A stretch of DNA of 64,000 nt from Eledone cirrhosa (Eukaryota), in assembly GCA_964016885.1 (NCBI GenBank), contig OZ024740.1, positions 345,588,001 through 345,652,000 of the forward strand. The letters are read 5' to 3'. The position numbers and the translations under genes are program-made. The notes under the pieces are model-generated. The model was not told the origin of the DNA. It searched no databases and saw only the letters and a program-made list of their open reading frames with translations. Within the stretch, counting starts at the first letter, position 1. The number at the start of each line of letters is the position of its first letter. Shown here piece by piece: positions 32,665 through 45,910 of the stretch.

Positions 32665-33389
32665 GAGAAGTGTGTGGGAACAGAGTTCAAAAGGTGTGTA
32701 GGGGAGTGGTGGAGAGACATATAGCGAAAGGAAACGGTGCGAATTAAAAATTAACAAATAAAGACAAAAAATATAATAATTAAAAATAAAGCATGATCAA
32801 AATACAAGGAAAGAGAAGATTTAAAAATAAAGGCATGATCAAAATAAACTGAAATTAAAAGGGGGTTAAACAGGTGGTGGAAGGGTGTGGGGTGAGTAGG
32901 GGTGGTGGCGGGTGGAGTGGGGAGAGGGAGACGGGGTGTCCGAGAGGGGAGGGCTGAAGGTGGTGTGTGTGGTTAGGTGTGCGTGTGTGTGTGTGTATGT
33001 GAAAGTGAGGGTTGGGGGAAGAACGGGGTTGCATGTTCAGGAAGGTGTGTGTGGGGGGTGTTTTTGTGGGTCGGAGTGTCTGTGCGTGTGTGGATAGGGG
33101 GTGGGGGGAGAGGAATCAGGAGGCTGAGGGTGTAAATATGTGGTGGGAAGCACGTGGGTGTGGTTTAAGCGTGTTGTGGGTGTGGGTGGCGTGTGTATAA
33201 AAAAACATTTTTGTTGGGGTGTGTGTGTGGGTGAGTTATATAGGTGATGGTGTAAGAGGATGGTTGAAAAGTTGGTAAGTTACACCGATGTTTGGAGATT
33301 TTGGTTAGAAGTCAAATTCGCGTGTGGGTAATCCAAGAAGCGGTGGTCGGAAGAGGAGAGATGTGGGGTGCGCGCGCAACAGGAAGTGG

Positions 33390-33440
<51 letters not shown>

Positions 33441-33446
<6 letters not shown>

Positions 33447-34068
33447 TTGGTGCTCTGAAATAGCGATATATATATATATATGAATGTATATATAGTGTAT
33501 TTTGCAATACCCTGTATGCTTAATTAAAAGCATTTCGAAGACCTTACGCTATTGTTTTAGAGTAGTGACATTCTCACTTACTTTACTTTTCAGCAAACAG
33601 CGGAGATAAAGCTGACAGAGCTCTGTTTCGTACATTTTGCTGAAAATCCTGAATGTTTGATTCTTATAGAATTCTAGTAATAATCATGAACTGGTGATAC
33701 AGAGCAGTTGCCGGTCAAGCAAAAATTGAAATTTAGAATTGGTTCTCTGAAATAGCGATATATATATGAATGTATATATAGTGTATTTTGCAATACACTG
33801 TATGCTTAATTAAAAACATTTCGAAGACCTTACGCTATTGATTTAGAGTAGTGACAGTCTCACTTACTTTAATTTTCAGCAAACAGGGTGGAGTACTTAG
33901 CTTTGATAACCACCAAAGAGTGCGAAACAGAGCTCTGTCAGCTTTATCTCCTCTGTTTGCTGAAAATTAAAGTAAGTGAGACTGTCACTACTCTAAAACA
34001 ATAGCGTAAGCTCTTCGAAATTCTTTTAATTAAGCATACAGTGTATTGCAAAATACTCTATATATACA

Positions 34069-34075
<7 letters not shown>
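33441..34075. mobile_element. Second head-to-head insertion of the ~321-bp HHR family inside (TA)n
   Basis: The left arm (about 33441-33887) is ~1.5 inverted units with an internal deletion. The right arm (about 33888-34075) is in sense orientation. The sequence matches 28645-29222. Confidence 0.85.
33899..33943 (+). ncRNA. Hammerhead ribozyme with a U3:A8 core; predicted cleavage after GUC at 33939
   Basis: agct TTGATAA ccac caaaga gtgc GAAA cagagctctg TC agct. Stem III is the 12-nt palindrome ACAGAGCTCTGT. Confidence 0.78.
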
Positions 34076-34141
<66 letters not shown>

Positions 34142-34408
34142 TCAAGCAAAACGATATATGCATAATTAACTCCATACCAGTTCACTCCTAATTTCTAAAG
34201 AGATCATAAATAGCTTTCCTCAAAGCGAAATTACATTCAACAATCACTACATAAATCAGAACTATATTTTGTACATAATAGCATATTTTTTAGAAAGACT
34301 ACTAAAACGCATATATGATTGTCCTGAAAATACAGTAATTGGTTGTGATTGTCTAATTTGTAAAAGTTTAAATTCACTTTGTTTTATCATATCTTCATTT
34401 ATATTCAA

Positions 34409-35223
34409 CTAGCAGTAAAGCCCGGCGCTGCTCGGGGTCGCTCAGAAGCTGTGTTAAAGTTACAATGTTAAGTTTCTTTTTTGGCTTAAAAACTGTAGTG
34501 TCTACTGTGCAGACTTGCATGTGGTGTTTTTGATTAATATTCCCTCAACCAACAATATGCCTTATGAAGTTAAGAAAACATAACGATAACCCGAATGTTA
34601 TAACAAAAGAGGATGCTGGGGATAAAAACTGCACGGGTTATTTATTAACAAAGATCGAAAATGTAAACACTGCAACGCAGAGAAAAACATTAGCGTAACC
34701 AAATTATCAGTTATGTCTGTCTGCACGCCTATATCACCTCTCTGCACGACTGTCTGTCTGCACGCCTGAAATATTTGCTTGTTTTACGTAGTCTTTAAAT
34801 AGACTTGTTTTCAAGTAAAAATATTGTTTTAAAATGCTTTTAAATGGAAATGAAGCAAAACGGAAGCTTAGTGTTCGAACTGATGAATTTTGCAGGTCAA
34901 TATTTTGCTGGCTCGACAACTGTTCGTGTATTGTGTTAATGTCATTTTAAACGCTGAGAAAGCCAGCGTAATTTTTTACGTAAGACGCTCAATGTAAACA
35001 GAACAAAGGGAAATAACTGATCACTTACGCTCAAAAATCGATACATTATATTCGATTTCGTCAGATAGGGCGGGTCAATTTGAAATTTTTTTTTTCCGAT
35101 GTCTTCGCTAGGGCTCAATGTACAAGTATAGCAATTTCGGTGCAATTCCGTGAGAGATTCTAAGAGGAGATGTGTGCCAAAAATCGATAGACAGACAGAC
35201 AACCTCAGTTTTATATATATAGA
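34409..35223 (-). mobile_element. Non-autonomous Helitron
   Basis: The minus strand starts TCTATATATATAAAA with (GTCT)n and ends in a GC hairpin (cccgagcagcgccggg) plus CTAG. It is inserted between A and T with no TSD. Confidence 0.8.
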
Positions 35224-35343
35224 TTCAAAACGGATGACATTCTAAGCAAAACAGAAAGTTTTCATACACGGTAGATCACGTCATATTACGTGGTAAAACA
35301 CATTCTGTCTCCCCCCGCCCCTCTCTCTCTCCCTCTCTCACTC

Positions 35344-35423
<80 letters not shown>

Positions 35424-35719
35424 AGATGTATACGTGTCTGTTCGTGCATATTTGTGTAGATAAGTGTGCTTATTTGTTTTTTATGTTTATATACATGTAG
35501 GATTTGCGTTCGTGGGTAATTTTGTACTTTGAAGGTTGGAGTTTCTACGCGAGTGAATGATTTCTGGTTACAATTTATTTTTGTGAAAAAAATAGAGAAG
35601 TAATATATAGCAATGTCGTATTCAATTGATGTATAAGGTAAGGGTAGGAACAAATTCAAAATTGAAGATAGGGTGTTTAGCTTTTAAACATATATCTCTT
35701 CTTGTAGCCACGGAAAGCT

Positions 35720-36560
35720 GAAGCTGAGATACTGGAAATTTTCCACCTACTTCGGTCTAATTTCACTTATATGCAGAGTGAAATGCACAGGTTTTCTTGA
35801 GAGGAAGAGTGTCTCAGTCTCCACAGCATCGATTTTCTTTCCTGTCGTGAGTCACGCGGTAGCAAACCTATACAATACGCGTTGGAGACCAGCTACCGAC
35901 GAGTTAAGTAGTACCATGTCATCTGAAAATTTCAGTCAACTGATCATGCACGCAACGGATTTGATACCACTACAAATCCGGCTGCGCATGACAGTCCGGT
36001 TCATGAAGACTATGAAAACGAGATGTGACGAAATGCAACCTTAGCGAAGACAAACGCTTGCGTTATTTCGAGTTCATCAGAACGCAAATACTAGGGCATG
36101 CATATAAGGAATTCAAGGCATCAAAAACGTGTCCATCGATCCCATACTCCTACAGAAGCTTCTGCAACAAATCCTGTGGAACGCTGTCGCGTAAACCTTC
36201 GAGGTTCATGAAACAAGCATCATACATCTTTTGGAAATGCTTCCACAATTTCTCGAGGACCTGCTGTTGAGTTAATATGCGGAAAGCCTTGCTACGTTCG
36301 GGGCGAAAACCACACTATGCTTCATTTTCTCGACAATATTCCTATATCTCTTTGCCAGAGACTAAACTCAGACGGTAGCGCCGACGCTTAACAAAAGCAT
36401 TCTTAAATATCTCTTGCCTCACATTGAAAACTTAGATTATCACTCCCGATTGCCACTGAATTGCTGTCTTTCCAGCGATCCCGGCCACGCGGCACACACA
36501 AGTACCAAAGAGTGTTTATGCTCTAATTAAGGATTTTAACAAATTGCGCCAAATTTCAAC
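35720..36560 (-). mobile_element. Decayed RTE-clade LINE reverse transcriptase
   Basis: Broken minus-strand frames give WQSGVII, CGFRPERS, QQVLEKLW, YGIDG, FSDDMVLL and VENFQYL. Confidence 0.7.
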
Positions 36561-37149
36561 CTCAGCAGATGTTTTGCCTCATATGAGTGCTTAACTTGTT
36601 CTGGTGATCTCAGACCCCGAGAAAATAATCATCGTCTCTAGATGGACCTCATGTACAAAAGCAGTTGTGGGTGAGATCTTGTCTTCAGAGTGAAGGATGA
36701 ATTCCTGATAGACGGCTTGGAGTGGGGTTTCTTATTATTGGTGAATGACCAAAAGAATCTGAGCAGCCGTGATGTGATCACTCCAAAGTGTCTTTAAAGT
36801 ATAATTACTCCATAAGGTGCGTAGATCAGAGATCTGGTTGTCGCTCCAGTTAGAGCCGCTATTTCTCTAAATCAAGGGATCAATTCTCCGGTCCATCGAA
36901 CATGTGGTTAGAATGTAAGAGGAAAGAATCGCAGGAAAGATATTACGGGTTTGGCAAACAAAGAAGAGACCCAGATGTAAACCACTAGCAAGGTGGTTGG
37001 ATAACAGCCCCGAGCTTCTTTGGTATTATTCGGGTATCCAGTCGGATCATTTGGATACGGTTGCTTCTAACTGGAAATTCTGAAAGGTATGTCTGAGGAA
37101 TATGCCCTCATGACCCACCCAGGTATAAGAAGAAGAATAACAATATTAA

Positions 37150-37360
37150 TCATTGTTTTAACTTTAGGCACAATGCCATCAATTTGAAAGGGAGTAGAAT
37201 GTTGATTAAATCAACCCCAGTGCTTACTGGTACATTATTTGATCGACAACATAAGGATGAAAGTCAAAGCTAACCTAGGCGGGATTTGATATCAAAACGT
37301 AACTCAATACCGTGAAGCAAGGTGTCCGGCTCTCTACAACTACTACTAATCCACCACCCT
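37150..37360 (-). mobile_element. tRNA-derived SINE (Octopus-type); further copies at about 39235-39375(-), 39400-39585(-), 47050-47268(+), 56710-56890(-) and 57355-57460(+)
   Basis: The copies share a body (aaggatgaaa..caaagtcaacctcggcgggatttgaactcaga, tgcattactggtac). The head is A/B-box-like (ggttcaaatcc in the 47050 copy). Confidence 0.75.
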
Positions 37361-37382
37361 ATAATAATAATAATAATGCGTT

Positions 37383-39221
37383 CTTTATTAACCACAAGGA
37401 TTTACATAAAGTAGACATTAAGGACAGAACAGGACAATAGAAGACGGTACAAATGGGCATTTCTGCGTGTAAAAAAAACAGAGGATGTAATAACAAATAA
37501 CAATGAAAAATTCCCCAATAGCGGGGAGACTTCCGAGGGACATTTGTGGAGAAAGCCCATTAAAAGGCCACAGTGACCCTGACCACCAGGGCAAGTGCCC
37601 TCTCCCAGTTTTCCGCCTTTAATTTACAGACACATACTCAGAGTAGACCCATTCACTCGGGCCATACTTGCTTCTCTCACCCATCTTTCAACAAAATGCT
37701 GGGAAGAGAGCACATCCCTCTCTGCCCTGATTTTCCTTTTCAAATGAAATGTGAAAAAGTTAATCAGGGCATCACCGAAGAGGTAAGTGCTCGTCTTCAG
37801 CCCTTTCAAACTTGTCCACCATACTATCTCTTTCGCCATGGCCACCAGACAGATAAAAACTGCCTGCCCTTCCCGGCTAAAGGAAGAGGGCGGAGCAATC
37901 CTCACGATGGACTCAGATGATAGCTGGATCCGTCCTACACGTGACAGCAGGTGTTCGACATAAACCCACAAGTCAGCAAGAGTGCGTGCAGGACGGTTTC
38001 GTCGCCCTGCGCGCATTTCGGACATGCCCGGTTGACGGCACCTCCATGCCTGTAGAGTTTATCCTGAACTGGCAAAGCTCCTCGGTAGCACTGCAAGGCC
38101 AGGGATTTCTGGAAGTTGTCCATAGGCCACGGCCCGAAAGTCCTTCCGAAGAGATTGGCTAGTTGATTTTCGTCGACGCCTAGAGTTTCTCCAAGTACGT
38201 CGTCGCTCTTCCCCTCCACTAATCCTCTATAGAACGCCAAGGTGGAGTTTCCACCGATCACATTGCCCGATTGGTTGAGGGCTGTGAGCGCCTGAAGACA
38301 TTCCAGTCTCCAAGCGCTCCCTCTCGGTCTTCGCTTGACACAGGACTGCAGCTCCGTCAAGGAGACGAGCTGAGGAAAGACGTGTCTAGCAAACGGCGAC
38401 CACACCTGATCACCGTCGAGGAAGAGGTGGAGATGTCGTAGCCTGAGCGCGTGTCTGCGCATCATCAGCCACGGCATGCCAAGCCCTCCACGTAGCGGGT
38501 GTTGACAGCAGATGGACCGCCTGACAATCGGAGCGCGTCCCTTCACAAAAAGCGAAAGAACAAACGCTCCAGCGCAGTCAGGCGGGGCTTAGGACAAGGT
38601 ACGGCGGTCAGGCGGTAGTAGATGACGGATGCGATGTACGCGTTAGCCACCTCCGCTCGACCTTTCAGGGATAGCTTCCTCTCCGCCCATTTCTGGGTGA
38701 GAGAAGCTACCCTGCTCGTCACCTCGTCCCAGTTTTTGTCTGTCTGGAGGTCCGGAACGAACCAGACCCCTAGCAATTTAACCGGTCCGTCCGTCCAGCG
38801 CCCGACGACTCTGTTGGACGGCATGGACCTGCCTCTCCAGGTGTCGAGCTGCAGGCCCACTGACTTTTCCTGGTTGATCATTGCTCCTGTTACCGCTTCG
38901 TATTCTCTTAGTGTAGTGCCGATCGCCTCGATGTGTTTGGCGTTCGACACCACTACGGTGACATCGTCCGCATATGCTGACACGGATCTTCCGCATCCTA
39001 GTTCGCGCGGGACCCGCCTCAACGTCTCCAGTTTGTGCAGTAATGGCTCGAGAGTCAATACGTACAAGAGGGACGAGAGGGGACATCCTTGGCGGACCGA
39101 GCGCATGATGTTGAACGGTTCCGAAAGGTGACGGTTCACTCTCACCACAGAGCAGATGTGGCTGTGCATGGCAGCGATCCAGCCTCTGATGACGGGCCCA
39201 AAGCCAATCGCCCTCAGGCAA
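37383..39221 (-). mobile_element. 5'-truncated L1/Tx1-clade LINE (RT second half plus C-terminal Cys-rich domain), frameshifted
   Basis: RSVRQGCPLSSLLYVL, SAYADDVTV, LSLKGRA, GGLGMP and CPKCAQGDETVLHA are present. AATAAA lies at the 3' end next to (TAA)n. Confidence 0.92.
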
Positions 39222-39619
39222 AAGGCCGAGGACTTTTATTTTGAATGACTGGGACTTTTTTTTGTCGACCCCGTAAGGAGGAAAGGCAAAGCTAACCCCA
39301 CCAGTATTTCAACTCAGAACGTAGTGAGCCGTAACTACATGTCGCAACGCTCTACCGATACTACTAAACCAATATCCTCAGTAGTAGTAGTAATAATAAT
39401 TGTTTCTACTTTAGGCACAAGGCCAGCAATTACCCAGTGCATTACTGGTACTTAATTTCATCGACCACGTAAGGATGAAAAGCAAAGTCAACCTCGGCGG
39501 GATTTGAACTCAGATCGTAAGCGGACGTAACTCTGCTGGAAAGCATGGCGTCCGACCCTCTACCGATACTGCCAATCCACCGCCCTCTAGTAGCAGTAAT
39601 AATAATGATGGTAATTGTT

Positions 39620-40330
39620 TCATTTATTGGCTACAAGGGCAGAGATACAGGGAACAATACGAATGCAGGAACTGTGGCGGTTTACAATAAAATCGAGAAA
39701 AAATGAATTAACAAAAACAATTACGAATAATATTATAACAAAATAAATTCCCAAATGAGGGAGGGGTGGCTGGAACTCCGGTATCCCACCAATCCTGAAC
39801 CACGCCTCGAGGGCACCCAAATCAACTATACTACAGGCGCATGCTCAGTGTAGGACCATTTTCACGGTCTATTCTTGCCACATTCTCCCACCATTTAGCT
39901 AATATACTGGGGAGCAGCACATCTATCTCCACCCTCACCTGCCTTTCCAAGTGAAATTTGAAAAAGTCGAGCTGGCATTGAACGAAATTAAAAGTGTCTG
40001 TCTACAGTCCTTTCAACCTACTTTACTACACAAACTGTTTCGATACCACCAACAGACAGGGATATTGCCTGCCCTTCCAGGCCAACATGTGGCGGTAAGG
40101 CGATCTTAACTATGGATTCGACGATAGCCAGAGGCGTCCTACACGCGACAACAGCTGACCGACATAACTCTTCATGTCAGTAACATACGGACACTACACG
40201 ATTGCGTGCCGAACGGTTTCGTCACGCTGCAGATCACGGGCAGGTCCGTCTGACAGTACATCTGTGCCTGTAGAGTATATCTTGAGCCGGCAGTGCCCCC
40301 TGGTAGCACTGCTAAGCGTGAGATTTCTGA
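39620..40330 (-). mobile_element. Decayed 3' fragment of the L1/Tx1 family
   Basis: DETVRHAIV motif, nucleotide similarity to 37620-38110, and a terminal AATAAA. Confidence 0.75.
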
Positions 40331-40584
40331 AATATATTAAATCTGTGAAGCTAAGTTGTCCACAAAGCTGGTATGCATCTGGATTAAGTTTCAAATGTTT
40401 ATTATGCAATAATATTTGGTTACTATTTCTTGTATGTGGATTAGTTACGCAGTGGCCACATTATTGTTTCAAGTATTTGCAAGCATCTACTTAAAAACAG
40501 AATGGTGTATATGTGTGCACACACACACATACAGTAAATCTGTATGCATGCAAGTATATAAAATGCTTAAACTTTAATCTGTTC

Positions 40585-40638
<54 letters not shown>

Positions 40639-41769
40639 TTAAAATAACAGATTAAAGTTTAAGCAAAGAATCGCTGCTTTCACCCTTAACGGGATCTTCT
40701 GAAACTAACAAAGTCAATCTGTAAACGCAGAAGTGGATATTTCAAAAAACGTTGCAACCGGAGGAAGACAGGAAGACGATACTTTGGTTCGTGGTAACGT
40801 TCGCTGGCAAAGAAGGGGAAAAAACGAATATAATACGTCATTAATAGGAGCGGTGAAAAACAATTACGCGCAAAGACAGAACCACGTTTATGGTATAAAA
40901 GAGGTCGTAGACTAATGTTCTCTTAGGTGGTTCATAGAGACGTTCTCTGGCAATGAACGAAAAAAAAACGAAGATAATACGTCATATGTGGATCGTGGAG
41001 AACAATAGCACGCAAGGACAAAACCACGTAAATGGTATAGCAGAAGTCGTAGACTAAAATTCTAACTAGGAGACCGAATGAATCTCCGCTACAGAGATAA
41101 GAACAAAGTAGATACATACAATACAGAAGTAATAGAAATAAATAAATACATACACGCAAACAAATACGTACATACACAAGCATATGCAAAACACTTACCA
41201 TAGGTATACAAAAGATGGTGTGGATCATGTGGACCATAACGCACTAGAGTACTCGATACTTAGTGTATTAGAGTGGGCAATAGGAAAAGAGTCAGGACTT
41301 TGACGGCTGATCTCCGGCCGTTTCGACAGCTAGATCGTATCACCCGGGTAAAAAAAGATGATAAGATAAGACAGGCGAAATCGTTGTGTGTGTGTGTGAA
41401 AAAAGCCCAGTAAAAATCTTCCAAATACACCCAATTCATCGTTTTACGGTGTCGTACGGTAGATATAGAGAGGGGGAGAGTTTACTCGTTCTAGATATAT
41501 ATTTCTATTTATTTGCCACCAGGGCATCAAAGATTGGGACAAATACAAAGGGGGGAGTTTACATACATTTAAAAAGACGTGTAAAAAACATATAACAAAT
41601 TAAATTTAACAATCGATGTCCTCAATAGGGAGGGGCGTTGACATGGGTCGCACACACCCCCGAAAAAATGTGCAACCCTCCACTTCAGGAGCACAAAGAG
41701 CGGGTGCTTCCTTCCTCTTCTCATTCTTCTCCTCTCTCACCTACAGGTTGATATAGAGAGAAGGCCCAT

Positions 41770-44700
41770 TCACTCGGGCCATTCTCGCTACTTTCACCCA
41801 TCTTTATAAAACTTGCTGGGGAAGAGCACCTCTCTCTCCATTCTGATCCTTCTTCTAAAGTGGTACTTGAAAAAAAAGACCAGTTGTTGGCCGGAGAGAA
41901 AGGTGTCTGACCTCAGCCCTTTCAACCTTGTCCACCATACAACTTCTTTCGCCATGGCTATCACACAGAGGAAAACCGCCTCTCCTTGGTTTTTGAAAGG
42001 GGGAGGTGGTTTGATCGTGACAATGTTCTCGGTGGTTAACCGGATTGGTCCCACCCGCGACAGTAGTCGTTCTACATAGCCCCACAGGTCAGCAACGCCC
42101 GGGCAGTGTACGAATGCGTGTGCGACGGTTTCCTCGTCACGCACGCATCTTGGGCAGATCTTCTTCGAGGGGTCCCTACCCGGGCGCCCGTGTCTGTAGA
42201 GCTTGTCCCGAACGGGTAGAGCTCCTCGGTAACATTGCCAAACCAGGGACTTTTGGAAGTTGTCCATTGGTCCCGGGCCAAACGTCCTACCGAACAGACT
42301 GGCCAGCTCGTCTTCCTCCATGCCCAGAGCCTCTCCGAGAGCGTCGTCGTACTTACTGCTCACCAACCCTCTATAGAATGTTGAGGTTGAGTCTCCACTG
42401 ATTGCCGGATCCGCTTGCCAGAGGGCCGTGAGCACCTGGGCACATTCAATGTGCCAGTCGCCCACTTTTCTCGGTCTTTGCTTGACCCAGGATTGCAGCT
42501 CGGTGAGTGAGACGCGTCTCGGAAAGGCTCGCCTCACAAACAGGGCCCACACCGGCTGACTGGTGAGGAATACCTGGAGGTGCGTAGCCTTAATGCGTGT
42601 CTACGCATCGTCAGCCACGGCATCCCCAGCCCTCCGTTCGAAGTGTGTTGACAGCAGATGGATCTTCTCACCAAAGGAGTCCGCTTCTTCCAAAGAAATC
42701 GGAAGAGCGCGCGCTCCATTTTGGCAAGTGTTTTCTCTGGGCAAGGCACGACGGTCAAGCGGTAGTAGATGACGGACGCTATATAAGCGTTCGCTACCTC
42801 CGCTCGACCTTTCAGGGATAGTTTGCACTCAGCCCACTTCTGGGCGAGTGCAAACACCTTGCCCGTTACCTCGTCCCAGTTTTTCTCCACCTGTAGGTCC
42901 AGTCCGAACCAGACCCCGAGCAGCTTCACCGGTCCCTCCGTCCAGCGTCCGACGATGACGTCGGAGGGCATCGTTTTGTCCCTCCACATCCCGAGTTGCA
43001 AACCGACGGACTTGTCCCGGTTCAGCTTGGCTCCTGTGAACCTTTAATATTCCTCCAGTAAGGTGCCGATCTGCCCGATTTCCGAGGCGCTCGACACCAT
43101 TACAGTCACGTCATCGGCGTAGGCCGACACCGCTTTCCGCAATCCCGGTTCCAATGGGATGCCCTGCAACAGCTCCAGCTTCCGCAGTAGTGGCTCGAGA
43201 GCCAGCACATACAGGAGGGAGGAGAGAGGGCATCCCTGTCGAATGGATCGCGTGATTTTGAACGGCTCCGAGAGGTACCCGTTCACCTTGACCCTCGAGC
43301 AGGTGTTGCTGATGTGCATTGCAGCAATCCAGCCCCGGAAAACGGGTCCGAAGCCTGCCACCGCGAGCACCGCATCCAGGTACCGATGGTCAACCCTATC
43401 GAACGCCTTAGATTGATCCAAGTTGATCAGGGCCCCACCAAATCCGGGTTCGTTCCCTACCCTCTCTACGATGTATCGCATGAGGTGGAGGTTGGCGTGT
43501 ATGGACCTGGACGGGATTGCGCATGTCTGCGCTTCTCCCACCAGGTTCCCGACGACAAGCGCCAACCTCTTCGCTAACACCTTGGCCAAAATCTTTAACT
43601 CTGTGTTTAGCAGAGTTATGGGCCTGAAGTTATCTATGTCATCCCCCTTGTTCTCGTCCTTTCTCACCAGCGTGACTACGCTCTTGGTCACAGAACTGGG
43701 AATTCTCCCGTTCTGTTGCCAGTTACAGTAGACCGCCTCGAGGAGACCGGAGAAGAAGCCCGGCATCGCTACATAAAGTTCGTACGGTAGACCATCGAGA
43801 CCCGGAGATTTGCGTTTGCCGCATTGGCTCAGCGCTTCCCCTATTTCAGCGGCTGAAATCGGCCTTTCGCAGGACTTCGCCTCCCCGTCCGAGAGCCGCG
43901 CCAGACCGTCGAGGTATGGACCGAAATCCATGGCCCCACCCGGCCCGCCGCCCCACCCGGCTCGCCGCCCCTCCCGAACAGTCGTGCAAAGCGCCGTTGA
44001 AAGGCCACGCTCATCCGCTCAGGTTCAAGGATCACGCGTCCATCCTGGTCCTTCAAAGCTCGAATCGTGGACTCGTTTCCACTTCTTGCCTCTGTCACTC
44101 GGGCTAACAGCTCGGGCTAACAGCTTTGGCTCCCTCGTTACCCAGAGCACGTATTTTACTCCTGACAACACAGCCCTCGTGCTTCGCATCAAAGAACTTG
44201 TCTAGGGCCGTTCTTGACGCCAGCACGCCGGCCACGTTGCCACTCCTAATCGCCTCTTCTACTCTATTTGTTAATTCCCTTTCAGTTCTATTCCTATCTG
44301 ATGCTAATTCCCGACTAAAACCTATCGATTCTATTCTAATTTCTCTCTTGAGAGAGCCCCACCACCTGTTGTTGACAATTGCCACCGTCAAACGCTGCTT
44401 AACTAGTGTGCTAATCCGCTTACTGTAAGCTTTGTTTGTCGGTAAAGACAAGTTTAGCTTCCAGTAACCGGGTCCCTGTCTATAAGTTCTATCAAGGTTG
44501 ACCACTCCGGTCACCAACTTGTGATCCGAATAGTCAACCATGAACATTCGTGGACAGTTTAATATGTCCCTATCCTTATTTCTAACTAGGAACCTATCTA
44601 GGTACGACCTAGATGTTCCGCTGCGATAACTCCACGTCCACCGTGGCACAGTCGGAAAATCTAGTCGATATCTATCGGCCAGATCAAATCGGCCGATTAA

Positions 44701-45194
44701 TCGTTTGAGGCTGTTACACCCACTCTATCGGGACATGCCCCTACATAGTCCCAACGTGCATCCAGGATACGATTCCAATCCCCCACTAAAAGCAAGGAGC
44801 GAGACGTTCCCAGGAAATTCTCCAGGCGTCGGAAGAAGTCCGGTCGCGGTGTCCCAGATCGCGCTGCCACCAGCCTGAAAGCTCCAACTTCACCACTGCC
44901 GACGTCTAAAACCACCAGTCGACCCTCCGGGTTCAGGTGTACCTTCTGTGTGGCAAGACCCAGGTATTTTCGCAGCAGAACGACAACCCCACCCCCACCC
45001 CTCGGCTGACAGAGAGATGCGTAGATATCAAAGTCGTCGAAGATGGGGGACAGTTGGCGCTCGCTGCTGATCCTGGACTCGCAAATAACCATTACATCCA
45101 CTCTGTGCGACCTGAGATCATTTAAGAGTTTGCCCTGTTTCCAGGACATCTCCAAGCCGCGTGCATTCACACATCCAACTCTTATATTGGCCAT
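41770..45194 (-). pseudogene. LINE ORF2 (EN-RT) disrupted by several frameshifts
   Basis: Consecutive ORFs 44697-45194, 44104-44649, 43841-44098, 43044-43931, 42534-43001 and 41794-42552 carry the ORF2 motifs in colinear order. Confidence 0.9.
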
Positions 45195-45910
45195 TTTGGT
45201 GCTGAAGAGGTAAAAAGGAAGAGGAAAGGAAATTACTTACCTCTTCGTCTCCTGGGGGCCAGGCTGCACAATTTCCATGGGGGTGTTGGAAGGGTTGTTT
45301 GGTGGGGTGGTGGTTTGTGGTGGGGTGAGGACATCAGTGTGTGGTGGGATTAGGGTGTTTGGTGGGGTGTGGGTGTCTGGTGTGGGGGTGGGGAAACATC
45401 TCAATAGGACGCTGTTATGTAGTTTGGTGCAATTGGTCCCCACATGCATTGGATGGTTCTTTTTCAAAGTTACATAGGTTTCCGTTGGGACCCTAATCAT
45501 CATTAGGTGCGGTTTGTTCGCTGCGTAGGTGAAAGTGATCCCTTCGGTTTCCACCGAAGGGTTATTTTCTATCGCTTTCATCAACGTTTTATTGTTCTTG
45601 TTAATGTATGTATAGAGTTTTTGTTGTATTGTGTTTGTTTTTGTTTGTTGTTCGTGTGCGTGTTTGCGTTTTGTAGTACGTGTTATGTTTTGGGGAGGGG
45701 TGGGTTTTTATTTGTGATGTTTGTTCTGTTTGTGCTGGTGGTTGTGTGTTTGTGGCATTTTTGTTAATGGGGTGCCTTTTTTTTTTCCTTTTCACCTGTT
45801 GAAAGTGTTCTCCCTCGTCGTCACTGGGTGACGTTGATACGGAGTCCTCTTCCATGTTGTTGGGGAGGGGTATATTTTGGGGGTTTGTTGTGGTTGCTTT
45901 TGTATTTGTT

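Noticed and set aside
32870-33260. G-rich tract as a telomeric or dedicated G-quadruplex element
   Set aside because: It is irregular GT/G-rich low-complexity sequence without TTAGGG units, probably the C/A-rich 3' UTR of a minus-strand PLE remnant.
40670-40706. Minus-strand HHR-like motif CAGAAGA uccc..gggu GAAA
   Set aside because: The core is mutated and stems I and III cannot be formed convincingly. At most it is a relic.
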